Of a stretch of DNA of 64,000 bases, positions 13,852 to 27,885 are shown one piece after another. The notes beneath the pieces were generated by a model, which saw nothing but the letters and a program-made list of their open reading frames with translations, made no database searches and was not told the DNA's origin. Each line of letters begins with the position of its first letter. The first letter of the stretch is position 1. Made by a program: the position numbers and the translations under genes. The stretch comes from Phoronis australis (taxonomy: Eukaryota; Animalia; Phoronida). The stretch lies in contig NMRA01000001.1 in the NCBI GenBank assembly GCA_002633005.1, positions 2,711,695 to 2,775,694 of the forward strand, written 5' to 3'.

Positions 13852-14239
13852 TGCCACGCAGTGTAAGAACTTTCAAATACATACAGTGATTTGAAGAAGA
13901 AATTTTTTTGTTTGCAGAAAGAAGATTTAAGTGTTATCATTGACTCCGTAGAAACACATAGATTTCACGTAACTATCGTAAATCAATGCAAACTTGTTGA
14001 CCAATCGTATAACCAAGAGATAGGTGCTTAAATTGGAAATTTCAAAAAGTTGGGGGGTGGGTGCTAACCCAGCCATGAGTGCTTAACCAAAGCCAGACAG
14101 TCAGTCAGTTAGTCATCCTGGCCTGGACCTCTGACATTTGGAAATTGAAGTCCGCAGACCCAAAGTACAAAGAGGGTAGCCGACGCTGACGTTGAATCAG
14201 CTCTCAAACTTGACGCATGTATTCAGACAAGACCCTAAG

Positions 14240-15436
14240 TACGGTAAGACTTCTATTAATTCGTACAAAATTGTACACGCTGTACCAATTACCAAAAGTA
14301 TCCCACGGGGGGTTCAGACTATTATTTGCGCTGTACGAACTATCATTCGCGGTCTACGAACTATTAGAGAAAGAAATGCATGACTAGCGCTGTCTGGTGG
14401 CAGGACATTAGTGAAGGCTTTTATGTAACGTGTAAAGGCTCCAATGCCGATCTTTTTAATGTTCATGTCAAAATATCATTAAGTAATCAATGGCATCAGT
14501 CATCGACAATTAGGAAGATAATGTGAGTCTTAGCTCTTCACTCATCCTATAGTCTATGGAGCAATGGCAGCAACACAATGTGAGGCCTCGGCAGCGGGTC
14601 TATTAATTATTCCGAAATCTTTGTCGCGGTGTGTGATCATTATCGCGTGTTTGATCCCACTTGTATTCCGATTCATTAAAAATAAATAGTAGAAGCGAGA
14701 GGTGCCTGGAAAAGGAGATGATTTAGTCCTATGAGAAACATAGCCATGATGCCGGAAATGCTGAATGAAATAAATGCCAAAATGACACAATCTTGCTGTG
14801 ACGATGTTTTTTTATTTAATAGACAAATAAATAATGTTTTCTGACGTAGTTAGTTATGTGTTCCGTTGTATAATTTATTTGGTTTCCTCGACTACGTAAA
14901 AAGTGAGCAGGAAGTGTTTTCATGAGGAGATTAGACATCCCTGCGTGAATTGTGAAGAAGGCTCCAGTCTGTGGCATGAAGAGACTTTTTGGCAACTATT
15001 AGTGCCACATATGGACTAGGAGTACTTTGTTGTCACCTAATCTAAAGGTGTGATCTTGATGGCAATTACCTACTCACTCTAAAATTTCAAACGGCGCAAA
15101 GTTGTCGACTTTTCTGCCTGCAAGACATGTTACAAAGTATCCTTTCTTAAAATTTGAACACACCTCAATCACAAAGGTCGTCAAGTTTCCAAACGTCGGC
15201 TAATCTGCACAGCTGACAATTCAAAATTTCAATCACGCTCCATATCGATTCAATTGGAAATCTGTATACTTTAGTTGTTTCGTCGAGAGGTGTACCAAAT
15301 TTTTTTCAACTAAAGAGCATATAAAAATCATTTTGTTTTGCAACAGCATAGGTGCGAATTATTAGAATGTTTTTAGACCATTTATAGGGCTAATGTGAAT
15401 TGTTGGAGTGTACGAATTACTAGAAGTTTTACAGTA
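14240..15436. mobile_element. TA-flanked TIR element, non-autonomous
   Basis: Ends TACGGTAAGACTTCTATTAATTCGTACA / TGTACGAATTACTAGAAGTTTTACAGTA. Confidence 0.75.
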
Positions 15437-16539
15437 CACAACTCAAAATAAGAAAAAATAACATTGTAAAAATACCCGCCAAAATTTCGCTTGTTAACAT
15501 CTGATGACATCACAGATAACTTCAATAACGCACCTCAATTTTCAAAAAACAAACAGACCTGAACCAACTGTGCTTTACTTTGTAGCCTTATATAATAAAT
15601 AACTTGGAAATGTCAAAAGCTTGGAAATAAATTAAAAACTAGCACCTTCCTTACTTTAGGGAACGTTTGAACAGATTTCTGATATAATACTCATACTATT
15701 TGATACACACAGGATGCCAATAATAACATAAAGGTTTGAGAAATAAATCAGCAATTATAATCAAAATACAGTCAGTAAATAACCAGCCTTGAAGTGAAAA
15801 CTATGTCTTGTAACGAGGCACCAGCAAGCACCCCTCCAATGAATGAACTGTTCCACAACTTGCCAGGTACTGCATGCAGCAGCAAGCTTTAGTGGCAATT
15901 GCTTCATTGAATTAGCAAGAGGCAGCTGACTAGGTAAGTAAGAAATGAACTGATAGGATTCTGAAGAATGCGTTGAATTGAATTTTCAAAACTTTGCCTT
16001 ACGCATGGTGTATTGTGAACTATGTGCACTTTTCCAATTGTGACAAGAGTTACTTAAGTTTACAAGAACATTTGTGGAAGAATTTAAAATACTTTTAAAA
16101 CAACCAACTTTGAAACCGTGTCAGTGTTTAAAAACTTTTTTACAAAATCATTTGGATTAAATAGTCAGAATTCCAATTAATTGCCTTTCAGAATGGCAAG
16201 ACGAAATAGTTGAACAGATACCTTGTAATGATGCAGAAAGTGATGGTGTAACAAATATGTATGAACAATGGCAATGTATAAATAGGAACATTCTTATAGT
16301 AAATGGAAAAGCAAACATTGCCCTCTGGAGGGACTAAGATTTACAGATTGCAAAAAAAAAATTAAATTACCATTTCAATACTTTTCAAAGAGATTCCTCA
16401 TCTAAAATTTTGCATTTTATACCAAGAAAAAGAAAATTATTCAAAATTAATAAAACATAGTTAGAAATAGTAGAAATAACCTCAAACAACAAATTTAGGC
16501 TTTGGTGAAATCAACAGTCTGAAGAAAATTTTGTTAACA

Positions 16540-16811
16540 CGAGGAAGGTGATCAATTAGATGCCTATCTGCCAAATTTTATGAAAATCCATTGAGGAACT
16601 CTAAGATATAGAGATAAACGCCAACAACTAAAATTGCCACTAGGGGCACACCGGTAGTCAGATAGGACAGAAATTCATATAAACACATCTGCTAAATCTC
16701 ATTAATATCCTATGAGGGGTTTAGGAGATACAGCTGAGGACGCCGGACACCCAGACAGAGATGACGGCAATATGCATCTGCATATATATATATAAATGAG
16801 GGCGCATAAAA
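16540..16811 (-). repeat. Truncated, diverged copy of the HINE-like family
   Basis: AAATTGCCACTAGGGGCACACCGGTAGTC and terminal GATGACGGCA..GGGCGCATAAAA. Confidence 0.7.
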
Positions 16812-19800
16812 TGTATCAACTACATAGGCAAAAGTTCCAGCATAGATAAATATTCAGGTCCCCATAAGGCCTTTGATATGCATAAAATGAATTACAACTT
16901 TTTAGTCTAATGTTTCACATAAATTCAGAAGAAGCCTTGACACTCCATTTATTCTAATTGTTTAAGCTACAACTATTTCTATAATCCATTGTATGACATC
17001 TCAATTTATCATCCTCGCCTACGTTACCACCCAGGGCGTTCAAATTGGGGAAGTAAAAAAAAACAATGTGCGCGTCAACCTGAGCATGGACGCTTGAAAA
17101 CAAAATTTCTCAGAAGTCAGGGGTGGGTGTTTACCTGACCAGGTGTTTGAGTGAATGCCTAGGAAATTACATTGCTGTCATATTTCAAATAAAACGTCGG
17201 CGAATTGCAGACAATGTATTAAGGGACTTAATGTATAACTTACTGTTATTCAAGGGTATATAAGTTGCACATTTTGGGAGCTAAAAATCTGACCTGAAGA
17301 GATGGGGCTTCACAAAGACACAGGCACTGTTACGGAAGTCTCGTTCCCATAAATAGGAGATGGGGAAGAAAAAAACATTGGAGTATAAAAATGAAAATTT
17401 GGAAATTTCGGGATGGGAGATAAGCTGAGCATGGGTGGTAACATGAACGACTTATAAAAGCACAGATGTACAGTTTAAAACTGCAAAGATTTTAATAATG
17501 TTAATGTTGTACACTATGTGTTGACTTAATTTTTATTCTTACGAGAACAGCATGAACAACAAACAGGATCAACAACTCCCATTAGAACAAGGAATCAATG
17601 TTTAATGGTTCCCGAGGATTAGCGGATTATTTGTACTTCAAAACAGCATTGATCTGAACACGACCACTAGACATCAGCTGTCTACAACAGCTTTGTATGA
17701 ATTTATAGAGCAAACGCCAATGTCTCGGCTAAATAAAAACCCGTAGCTGAAAGACGTCTTATCAATTACAAGGTTCAAAAGCAAAAACAAAAACAGAAAG
17801 TTTTTCAGTGGAAAAACACCAGACAAGCTGACGCAAAGAAGCCACTTCCGTCAGACCTATTGCTTTCAAACTGAGAATTGATTTTTCAATGTCCGCACTA
17901 TCCCAACACCAACAAAGGCGATTTTCCACATGTATATACTACCTTAATATGCCCTTTGAATTAAAGTTCTTAATACCACCATTTACACCTTGTTTTGACA
18001 AGTGACTTTAACATTGTCACCATCATCAAACCTTTCATTAGAGTTGCATATCATAACCCTGACTTCAATATCCCAAAAACTAGAAAATAGAAAAAGGAAA
18101 CTTCAAATGAAAGTTTCATAGCTCCGCATACATGAGTGTGACGTATGAATGTACCGAGCGCCAGTGTGTCATGTCCATCCAGGCGAGTTTCATGTACAAA
18201 CTTGTGCCTCATCTGCGCTTCTCTGATGTCCCGCAAAAAAGTGAAATGAGCGGGCTCAAGTACCGAATTGTCACAACCACAACGCCTCACCATTATTTAT
18301 TATCACAAACCACGGGAAATGACTAGCAATATCTAATGATTAAAAACAACGAAAGACGACTAATGGTGTTATTGGTTGTCCGTAGTATGTATCGACCAAT
18401 GAAATGCTTGTAACTCGAGACCAGCTCATAAACATATTGTCAGACAGCATTAGAAGGTGTTCTAATTTCACAGCTGATCAACAGGTGGGGTTGCTTTTTC
18501 TAGATTTTTGACATGAAATTGGTGGTGTAAAGCACTTTAAGTAGTCTGGCTACAAAAATGCCATTTAACCCGGCAGTGACAATGGCCCTTGCAACTGTTG
18601 GCTATACTGACGAAAATGATTGGGAAAGTGTGTTAGCCAATTTATGATTAAGATAAAATTAGCGTTACTTTTGGCATTTTGGAGAGGCCCGTAGGAACGG
18701 TTAACTTCATTCTAGATCAAAATTAAGAACTCAAGTTATGTTTGCAGTGAACAGGTGGATTCAGCAAGGGATAATCAGCTGGTCAAGCAGTACAAAAGGT
18801 CAATTTCGGTGTCATCAGCACTATTGGCAGCTGTTGCTGTCAATCACAGCATATTTTGTGGTACTACTCGATACTATTTTATCAAAATATTCACCATTCT
18901 ACCACTATAAAATTAATAAGCATTTCATTTCACTTCATCCTAGCACACACACATGTATAAGTGATATATCATATTAAAAAAATGCCTATATAGCATTTTG
19001 GGGAGACATCATTGGATAACTTCGAAGACCCACGTAGTCAAACTACGATAACTTCGGAGTCATATTACCAACAAAGCCAGTTGGAAAGGTTCAACATCGA
19101 TGCTCCGTTTCTTTAGCACGCAATCGAGTTGGTATAAATTGCCCATTTAAGTCAACAGAAAACAGACAAACCTAATTAATTTCCCTTTCAAATCATCTCT
19201 ATGAGGAATTCTACAAACAATACTCAAACCTTTTAATTTGCCCAGTACAGTGTCCAATTTCCTAGTGTTTGACTTTAAATGTCTCATTTTTACATGCATG
19301 TTGGAACACGTTTAAAGTCAATGTTGTACTGAAGAGAAAAGTTGATTGAATGTTTATCAGAATATCAATAATTTCTAAATATCTGAGCATCAGTAGCTAG
19401 CCAGAGATTAAACGCGTGATCATCGTGAAAATTTCAAAAACAGGAAAACAAAACATAAAAATGTCAATGAGTTCATATTAACTTGAATGGCTCGTTGTCA
19501 TTCTCGCATCCCTAGAACAAGATAAAAGAGATTGGTGTTAAATTATTAATCACCAGTTCAACTATACAATAACAGGATTAAGGTTACCTATCAAATCAAA
19601 TAAGATTTGTAGCAAAGAAACAATTGATCAATTAAAAAGAAGTCCCGTAAAATTCGGTACACCACGGGCCTAATCCATGGAAGGATTTATAACACCTTTC
19701 TTGTCGCAAGTCTTATTTATACCTCTGTAACTAGTTAGTTTCTAAATTTAAAAACAGGTTTACATGAGAATGAAAGTTCATGAAAAAGCTCCAAGCTTTT

Positions 19801-22800
19801 CTCAATTAGTGACACTGACATAACTTTAAGTTACTGTGAAAAAATTCATAACGGTACAACCCCAAGTTGCTAAGCTTACGCATAAATAAGTAATCACTTG
19901 GTGAACTCAATGCCTTTTTTCACAGTCCCGAAGGCGAGGTAACATGTACTAATTTATGAGATTGCGAGAATAGCTCTATGTAGCACACATCCACATCCAA
20001 GTCTGGCTAAACATCAAAGTCTGCAAAATGTTCGCTTAGTAGTATGGATTGTTCTGACAAACGCAGTTAGGCCACACCGACCATTTTTACCTATGTGAAG
20101 ACCCATGAGGGCTAAGCAAATAGAGTGTAACACTACAGCAGATTCATTTCCATGTTGCCCATGATATTTCACAGTAATTGTTACCAGTAAGAAGCTACAC
20201 AATCACAAAGAGCCCTGGGGGAATAATTGACTGTTACACATAATGGTATATCCACAGTGATTCAAAGTCTTTGAGCCCATTTATAGGTTACTAACTAAGT
20301 CACAGCTAGGAGATTCATTCAGAAGTCAGACTGATAAAAACAGCTAGGTATGTGCTTGGTTTGCACTGTAGTTTAAGTTCCATGACAGTTTGGTGCACTG
20401 GAAGTAAGATAATCCATACCGGTACCTATACTAAGACAAATACGGTACCTATACTAAGACAAATAAGGTACAGGCTAATGACATCATTCCCAGACAAAAG
20501 ATTTCAACAATCTCGTAGATAAAAAATATAATGAACCAGCTCATTTGTTAACAAGTTTTATCATTGTCGGGAGGTCAAAGGAGACCATGGGATGGCTCTA
20601 CACCTTTAGCTCATGAAGTCTGCTTAAGATACTTGGTTTTCTAGCTTTGACGTCACTGAACAAGATTGTCAATTTGTAAAAGAATAGCTTGTCATGTCTG
20701 TCTCAAGAGGTTTCTTATGATCCAGATTTTTGATTATTCCAACTCAATTTTTTTAACATTAAAGTAACAATTCACCCAGTTCAGCTGGCTAAAAACAAAA
20801 ATATAATTAGGTATTTCATTCCCATATATCAGCTTCATAATATTCCTTACCATGATAGTATTCTATTTCCACTAACAAGTTGTTGCGTTTTCAAATTCGT
20901 AATCTTATTACTGGCCAACCACACACGCAATGCATACACACAGGTTGTTTCCCAATTCACAATTTTCTGATTGGTGAACCCCAGTAATCTCTGAAGCATT
21001 TTCTAGAGTCTTGTTCTTGTTGGCAATGAAAATAGAATCCTACAACAGTAAGGAATATCATAAGCTAACAGGAATAATTCAATTTTTGTTTGTTTCAGCC
21101 AGTTTAACAGGACGAATGCAGCTTAAACCTTAGGATTATACCTTTAACGCACACATCAATTTTTTTGTTTTTCTAAATTTAACAACGGAAGTACGGAAGT
21201 TTAGACGGGACTTGATCCATGTCTGCTACTGTGACAACGTAAAGGAAGCACTGAACATTAATGAGGACTGGTATGGAATATTACATCAACAGTGTTTGTA
21301 CATTGTAACATAATGTAAAACTGTGAATGACAAATGCTGTCATCCTGTAACTGGGGTGACTGATGTCATCCATATCAATTTACTAGGTAATATGCTTACA
21401 CATTCAATGCATGAGTAAGACTGAGCTAACAGCCCTTATTACATTTATTAGCTGTATTACCTTGTAACATAATGTGAATGGTTCCTGCTATCATTCCACA
21501 AAGGAATTCCTACCACGGCACAGTCCAACAGGGATCCCTGTTAGGCTGATCAATATTCATGTGCACTCCAATAGACAGTCTCTGATTGGCTTACAATTGC
21601 TACTGATGAGTCACTTCCATTCGTGCAGTTGGGCAGTTACCACTAGGCCAATTCAAAGATAGATTCACGACACGCTTTGAGAAAATATTAAAAATAGATT
21701 GGCACTCGCGACTTAAGTGGTGCGTGACATAATGTCCACAAAAAATTTATTTAGTTTACAAGTACTGTAACATTCGTCCTAGTTGGCTTACAAAACACAC
21801 AAACAATTTGCGGTATCAATAAACAGATGGATATTAACGAGGGATAAATAAACAGGATTCAATAGCAGAATAAAGTTCACTCTGTCTTGTAGTTTCCCTG
21901 CAGTTTTCTGTACCAACTAAACACAGTATACATTGCATATAATCTTAGTAAATCAACCATAAGTCATCTTAAGCATACACACAACCTTTCTCGATTTGCT
22001 TCCTTCATTAATAAATGTATGTAGGCCTACGTAATTAAGATCACAACCTGACGCATGATGTGAATGACAAAAATGCTAAAGGCCTACTATTAATTATGCC
22101 TCATGTCATTAATCAAGTATGTAGACGACGCGCATAAAAATTGTGTTAAAAGCAGGGATAGGGAACTGCAAAACAAGAGAAGGCCTACATGAGTATATTA
22201 AAGTTTTGTAGGAGCTTATATACTAGTTAATGTACGCAGCCAAATATTGACAAAACTATAGATTTTAACTCAAATCTATCAAAAGAAAGCTTGTACAATT
22301 TGATTTTGGACTTTATACAAATCTGCTATTAATTGGGTCAACTGACCTCGTTTTAGGAATACTTAAAGCAAAAAAAAAAACAAAACAAAATACATCCACA
22401 GCAAAACAACGGTATCAATAACATGGCCAAATTTCCTTTGATACCAATGTTCTAAATCATTTGATTTTAGTTTCATGCAACTTTAATAAGAACTTTTGAG
22501 TTTTTTTCATAAAAATCATTAATATAAGTCCTATTTTTTAGATCCCCTCACGCACAATACCTTACAGCGTTTTGGAAAACAGTGCACAATGTACTGTGTC
22601 TGAACGTTTCATGAAAATACAGTCAGCCATTTCCGAGATATGATGTAATTGACCGTTTGCCAAACTTGGCCATTTTTTTGGGGGTCCCACACAACCTTAA
22701 ACAGATACGATAACTTACAGTACCCACTTGGATCATTAAGCTGAACAGGGATGGTCTTATAATACTTCTTAAGGTTCGTGTTACAACAATGTTTTGAATG

Positions 22801-23344
22801 CTGTCTGCATAATCCGTAACAAAAGCAATAAAAACAAAAGCTTAATTTATGACAAATGTTGGGATTCAGCTTAACCAGCTGTAGTCATCAGTGATAAAAC
22901 ATTAATGGTATATTTCAAATGAAATGAAATGATGGCAAGTCCTACGCATTCCCACGGCAATGAGCCTGAAGACATGGAAGGCTGTTGTGCCCAGGGACCT
23001 GAATAATTTACTTGATGCACTCGTAAAGAGGTAGCGATGAATGGAATACAAGATCTTGTATTGTTCGACATTGTTGCGTATATACAATTCATTATCTAAA
23101 GTAATCTCAAGTGTTTGTCAATTCGCTGTTAAATGGAACGATAATTCCTCAGGTTAGCAAAGCAATACATAAGGATGACTTATTAATCGATTTAAAGAAT
23201 ATCCAACCTGCATAAAACCAATTTTAATACACTAGAGAGTATGTACCTTGTAGATGAACCTGTATTGAATACATTCTAGATTGCAGGCATGCAGTTTCTG
23301 TGGTTCTATAGCTAAGGTTATCTAGGACCTTAATAAAAAATTTC

Positions 23345-24685
23345 AACTCTCAAGTCAAATATCGAAAAAACTATGCTTTGTCAACCATTTAAAAGTACAT
23401 AGTTTCTGAAAGAAGAAAAAAACAAGGATTCTAAAAATATGCTTCTTACTACTGTGTCTTTATTATTGCCACCTGACCACGATTTTTAAGTCAAATTTTT
23501 TGTGCAAGAAAGGTACATTCACAGCATTTTACTAAAACTTTTTTTAAATGAAAACTTTACGCTATGTCTCAAAAACGTTGTTAGGAATTTTTGATTATTC
23601 ACTTAGTTTGGGTTTTATGCCATTTTACAAGAGCAACGCAGAGCGTTGAAATGCGCTGACAATTGCACCGTATACGGTATCCTTCTAGGGTTGTTTATTG
23701 GTACCATAAAGTGGCCAGTAGAGGGCATATATGTAGTATGTTGTACTTTGCAAAATGGAAAGGCATGGTCATTGTCTCCTCAATAGGCTAGGGGCAAAAT
23801 GTGAGTGATCTTCATAATACAAGCACATCCTATACATCAGTTGCTTAAAGCACCACAGAAACATAGAATTAAAAACAAATTTACCAACATACGAGATTAG
23901 CACAGCATTAGAATGCCAGAAACAAATTTCTACTTGGAACTTTTCCTTCATAGTCACGAAGTAACACAAAGTATACACCTGAAGACCTATGAAAATACAG
24001 AGGTCAATGTAAAATACTTAAATTGCCACTAGAGGCATACCGGTAGTCAGAATCATCCTAAAGTCGTCATCGTCNCGTCCTCTACATAGTAAGCATATAC
24101 AAAGATACAAAGGCAAGCATAAAAAATTAAAATTGCCACTAGGGGGCACACCGGTAGTCGAATCCGTCCGAAAGTTCGCACATGCCGTCCCATTCATGAA
24201 TGGAACATATGTGCCAAATTTCATGAACGTATATCAAAGGGTTTTGGAGATAAAGCAGCGGACGCCGGACGGACGCCACCCGTATGGACGGACGGACGGA
24301 CGGAGGTGACGGCATAATGCGTACGCATATAAATATGTGGGCGCATAAAAAGCACAAAACACAAGGCATTTTTGTGAAAAAAACAACCGTCTTATTCATA
24401 CGTCACTCATGCGAAAACTAGGCATTTTAAAGCAAATTCCTAAAAGCATTTTTAAGCGTAAAGTTTTCATTTAACAAAGTTTTAGTAAAACTTGGTGGGG
24501 GTTATTTTTCTAATGTACCTTTATTCCACATGAAAACTTGACTTAAAAAAGGTGGTCACGTGTCTATGATAAAGACAGTAGTAAGAAGCATAATTTTAGA
24601 ATCCTTGTTCTTTCTCGTTTCATAAAACGTATACTTTATACTTTTAATGGTTGGCAAAGTAGTTCTTTCAAGATTTGACTTTTAG
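23345..24685. mobile_element. Degenerate foldback/MITE whose centre carries the HINE insertion
   Basis: ~23345-23600 is reverse-complementary to ~24430-24685 (e.g. AAATGAAAACTTTACGC / GCGTAAAGTTTTCATTT). Confidence 0.75.
23627..24351 (-). mobile_element. Same HINE-like family, copy with an assembly N (24075) in the tandem core
   Basis: Both termini match the 41 kb copy; the centre is short around the N. Confidence 0.85.
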
Positions 24686-26897
24686 TATGACAAAAAGCAT
24701 ACCTATCCAAATGTTGTTTGCCTATACAATAGGCAGCATAGTGAGTTTTAGGTAAAATAGGTGTATAACATTAAAAAAGCCCAAAAAAATTTAGAAGTGA
24801 AGGTTAATGGCATGACCAAACCTTCCAGGCCCTCAATTTCCAGTGCAGTGTCTCACAGCTATAACCCAAATGTCTACAACCACTGTAGTCAACTTACACG
24901 GCTATAACCCAAATGTCTACAACCACTGTAGTCAACTTGCACGGCTCCTTTCAGAGAGCAATGAAAAGCATTGGCAAAACTCACTGAACCGACTGTTACG
25001 TTTGGAATTCATCAAGTGTAAAATTGTGCAAAAAGGAAAGACAAGTGTTTGTCAAATAGAGCATGATGGAAGTGAGGTTGGATAGCAGTTTAACAAACAA
25101 TGAAATAATTTACGCGATGCTCAAATCAACATTTACATTCATGTGATTAGTGATCCATAACTTCATACTTGTGTGAAAGTCGATTAATACAGGTTACAGT
25201 TTTTTAGTTGATAAAACGCATCAATTAGCGAAAGCCACTTATTTTCGAAACCATTAAAACGAATGATATTAAACAAATGTCAAGTGAATTTTGCTAAAAT
25301 CAGCAAACAGCTTCTCTATACGACATGCATTCACAACAGCAAGGCTCTTGTTCTTTTTTACAATAAGGCACATTGAACCGACTGCGGTAAATTCTCACCC
25401 ACCTTTTACGAATAAATGACCAAATAAAATTTCAATTGTATGGCATATTGTCCTCAATTTGGAATTACATCACCAAGTAAACGAAGCCCCCTCCGTCCCA
25501 TAATGGTGCTTTCCACATGCCGCCCACCCTAGAACAACATGCACAAGTGCAACTTACTCCACTTATTAAGTGGAGCGTCTACACACACACGCACATACAT
25601 ACCCAATAACTAGGGTAAGGTGGAAGTTGTCACTCTGTGCGTGACAATGAACACCTATGATGCAAATACAGCACGCAAGAGAAAATCTGTCAGTAGGTAA
25701 CTTCAGCTGATAATTACTTGAGCCCTACCCCACTTCTGTGACCACATAGCGATTAGAAGTGGCGCAAGTTACCCTATAACAAGTTACCTTACGTCGATAA
25801 GGTGGAATAAACTGTCACAAGTGATGTTAGTTGCGCTAGTTTAAATAGCGTCCACACAGACCTTACACTTAGTGACAACTCGTTCCTGGTGTAACTTGTT
25901 CAAGGGTAAGTCTGCGTGTGGACGACACTTAAGAGATGTTCGGCTACACAAACATCTTTTTGGTAACTGTCCCATCATCCATGTAAGCATCTGTAGGTCA
26001 TGCAAACACAAAGAGATTTCCAAAAGTTAAGAAATAACTGGTGAGAATTTTTTTCATTAAGTAACACAACTGTGAAAATGAACAATATGAAAATGAATAG
26101 CGAAAGACAACCACAAATAAGTCTGTGTTAAAATAGTGGAATTAATATATTAATTGTTGATAGGTGATGAACAGTGCCAACTGTCAAAGTCCCGAGTTAA
26201 GCGGATAATGACTGCAGTCGCATGAGTTGTTGACGTTCATTAGATTCAAGACGTCACACATCAAGGGTAGTATCTCAATATCACATCAGTCTCTTGCAAG
26301 AAATACTTTCAGTACATAACTTGAGAATTTTTTTCTTAATTGGTTCAATGTATGAGAGTTCTTTCACTTTGGAAAATAAAACTGTGACTCTTTTTAACTA
26401 TGTGAGAATCCCATTTTTGACCGAAACAGGACATCTGTTGTAAATTAATTGGTGCTGATAATACCTCCAACGGTGGCAATCACAATTGATTTTCCACGAG
26501 CAAACCTCGTTAGATATGCGAAACCCTTCCGATGCAACATTCGCTAATGATCAAATAATCGTGTTTGTCAGACCGAGATCCTGGAACAAGAATCTCACGC
26601 GAATAGGTATGCTCATTAATACAGGCCTAATTTGTAGGAACACAAAACCTCCTTACGACGCGTATTGATCTCCAGGTGTGAGCGAGCTGTGCCCTAACCA
26701 CTTAAGAGAATACTCGGGACTACTCGCTCTGAAACAGTTCCGACTCTACTCAACAAAAGGCATCCAGCATATGGTGGCGAGACTCTTTCAACAAGACACT
26801 ACTCTGACCAACAGACAAATAGACCAGGTGTGATTTTGACAATGCACTCTACCTCTCAATCCGTATGAGTTAATGACGTCATGAATTTTCATTGCAG

Positions 26898-27885
26898 GAA
26901 CGCATCAGATAACAGATGAAGCGAATAGAACCAGAGGAAGCAAGTTTTCAAAGACAGCCAAGCGTGTGAAGTGTTTGTGAACCGGTATCTCAGAAACCAG
27001 AGGAATTCGCGTAACAATTTTAACAGAAGTTTGCACACATAAATGAGCTGACTGCATCAACATAAGCAAACGATGCCGCTACATCCAAACACATGGAAAG
27101 AGACTAGCTTTGTCAGCATGACAAATTTTTCTGTGCAAGCTCAAAAGCCAGGCTGGCCAACCTCAAGCCAGCACTACACAGACAACGACCCGAAATTTTT
27201 CGGAGACGAGGAAACGAATAAGACCGCGCCCGCCATTGCGGCCATAAGCTGCGTGTTTATGCTGTTCACAATATCGGTGACGGTGGTTGTGCTGGTGTCT
27301 TGTTCCAAGAAGAACACAGTGTTTGCTCAGCAGAAATGTGATGAAGAAGATGTTGAGGATTGGTATGAGTTGGACAGTGTGACTGATGGAGTAGAGACTA
27401 CAGACTTGGAAGAAGAAGCCGATGACAAGCACACAATGGAACCAGATGCTTTAGCAAGATCTAAGAAAAGAAGGAAAAGAAGACACATGTCAAGCGAGCG
27501 TGTTGATGAAAAGTCGACTTTAAGGTCAAAATTTCCAGAGAAGAAAACAGCATCAGACCTGGCATCGGAAAATGGAAATTTCTGTGCTAAAAATCGGTGT
27601 GAAGACTTTCAAAAAGTTCTGAAAAAGCAGACAGCTGTACATTACAGCAACGACCATATTGTCTTGGATGTCATAGCAGGCCCGTACACAGAGAACGTCT
27701 CGCAGAAAAAAATGCCTTCTAATAGCAAAACAACATGGAGTCCAACAGGACCGAGTACATCTCTCCTCCCATCTGCGGTCAGAAGTCAATCTTATCAGTC
27801 AAATTTGGCTAGCCAGTGTATGCTGACCCTACTCCCAAAAAGCAAAACAATGGATGAATTTGATTACATGGATATGCAGTCATGA
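26898..27885 (+). CDS. Nested antisense gene: 270-aa single-pass membrane protein of unknown family (CDS 27073-27885, exon probably starts 26898)
   Basis: Longest ORF in the window. Hydrophobic segment AIAAISCVFMLFTISVTVVVLVSC followed by KK. Acceptor ttttcattgcag ending 26897; AATAAA at 28594. Confidence 0.75.
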
